Origin: Bacteriovoracaceae bacterium
Lineage (GTDB): Bacteria > Bdellovibrionota > Bacteriovoracia > Bacteriovoracales > Bacteriovoracaceae
NCBI GenBank assembly: GCA_041586955.1
Contig: JBFGZE010000077.1
Location: 1 to 16,879, forward strand
DNA: 16,879 nt
Reading direction: 5' to 3'
A program made the translations under genes and the position numbers. The notes under the pieces are model-generated. The model saw only the letters and a program-made list of their open reading frames with translations. It had not been told where the DNA came from and searched no databases. Every line of letters starts with the position of its first letter. The stretch's first letter is position 1. Below, in pieces: positions 16,208 through 16,879 of the stretch.

Positions 16208-16879
16208 TTAATTGGTCTCTATTAGGCGCATGATTATTGTCGGCCCGGTCTTGCCGTAAAACTCATAACCCTTAGATTTTAAGAATTGTAAACTTGATGA
16301 TTGTTGCAAATCAAAAATATCAAAGTGATGATCTTCAAAAGCAATAACCCGTGGTCGAATCGTCGAAAAATCAATCGTTTGTAAAACGACTTGGTCAACA
16401 CCTTCTATATCAATGTTTAAAAGATCAATAGTTCGATCCATTAAATTATAATCGGATAAACAATCGCTAATATTTATCGTTTTCAACTTATGCTTTTTTA
16501 CTAAGCGATGACCACGGCCCATCACTTCCTCTGCCATTTCTCCATCAATGGTATTAAGAGTTGGAGCATCAAATTCGTAAAAATCAACATTAACGCCTGA
16601 TTTCTCAGCGATACAGGCCTCTATATTAATATCTTCTGGCCGTAAGCAATTGAATATGTCCATCGCACCAGGTTGGGCATCAATATTGATACCACGCCAA
16701 CCCTTTTGATAAAAATGGTAAGTATTGGAATAGAAAATTGGATGATGAGCTCCAATATCGATAAAAAAACCATCTGCCTTATGCTCAAAAAGAGAGCGTA
16801 AAGTCATGTCCTCTCCAAATTGGGAATGTGATAAATGAAAGCTTGGAAACTTATTGATTCTTAATGGCGCCCAAAGCCT
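16208..16879 (-). CDS. FkbM family methyltransferase (5'-truncated by window edge)
   Basis: The frame stays open upstream of the ATG at 16807 to the window end (RLWAPLRINKFPSFHLSHSQFGED-MTL), including the family's SQxGED motif. Also GFFIDIGAHHP...SNT...GWRGINID, LLNIDIEG and RPRVIAFE. Confidence 0.9.
   Translation of the reverse strand, partial: RLWAPLRINKFPSFHLSHSQFGEDMTLRSLFEHKADGFFIDIGAHHPIFYSNTYHFYQKGWRGINIDAQPGAMDIFNCLRPEDINIEACIAEKSGVNVDFYEFDAPTLNTIDGEMAEEVMGRGHRLVKKHKLKTINISDCLSDYNLMDRTIDLLNIDIEGVDQVVLQTIDFSTIRPRVIAFEDHHFDIFDLQQSSSLQFLKSKGYEFYGKTGPTIIMRLIETN

Noticed and set aside
1..16879. CRISPR array, IS/transposase, integrase, prophage or anti-phage defence genes
   Set aside because: No repeat-spacer periodicity, terminal inverted repeats or relevant protein motifs were seen.

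Overview
AT-rich bacterial chromosomal window. The lineage cannot be read from the sequence; gene style loosely suggests Bdellovibrionota, and that is inference only. Left to right it carries: the 3' end of a SAM methyltransferase, galE, an OafA-type acyltransferase-SGNH fusion, a probable GT-C membrane glycosyltransferase, tRNA-Ser(GGA), a GT4 glycosyltransferase, tadA coupled to a PilZ-like membrane protein, and an ~830 bp gene-poor stretch with an inverted DnaA-box pair. Next come tRNA-Arg(ACG) with its own promoter and terminator, a PIG-B/Alg9-like (GT22) mannosyltransferase, an FkbM methyltransferase and a DEAD-box helicase. The right end holds a tight three-gene operon and a second, truncated FkbM gene. 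The best candidate for an undescribed system is that operon (16052->12737): ThDP carboligase, SRPBCC cyclase, and FabH-like KSIII with a Cys-Asn-Asn triad. It has the composition and order of the Streptomyces carbazole core nzsH-nzsI-nzsJ (cqsB3/B2/B1). Here it is a minimal cassette with no ACP or tailoring genes, in a host that does not look actinobacterial. All family assignments come from motifs read by eye; no searches were run.
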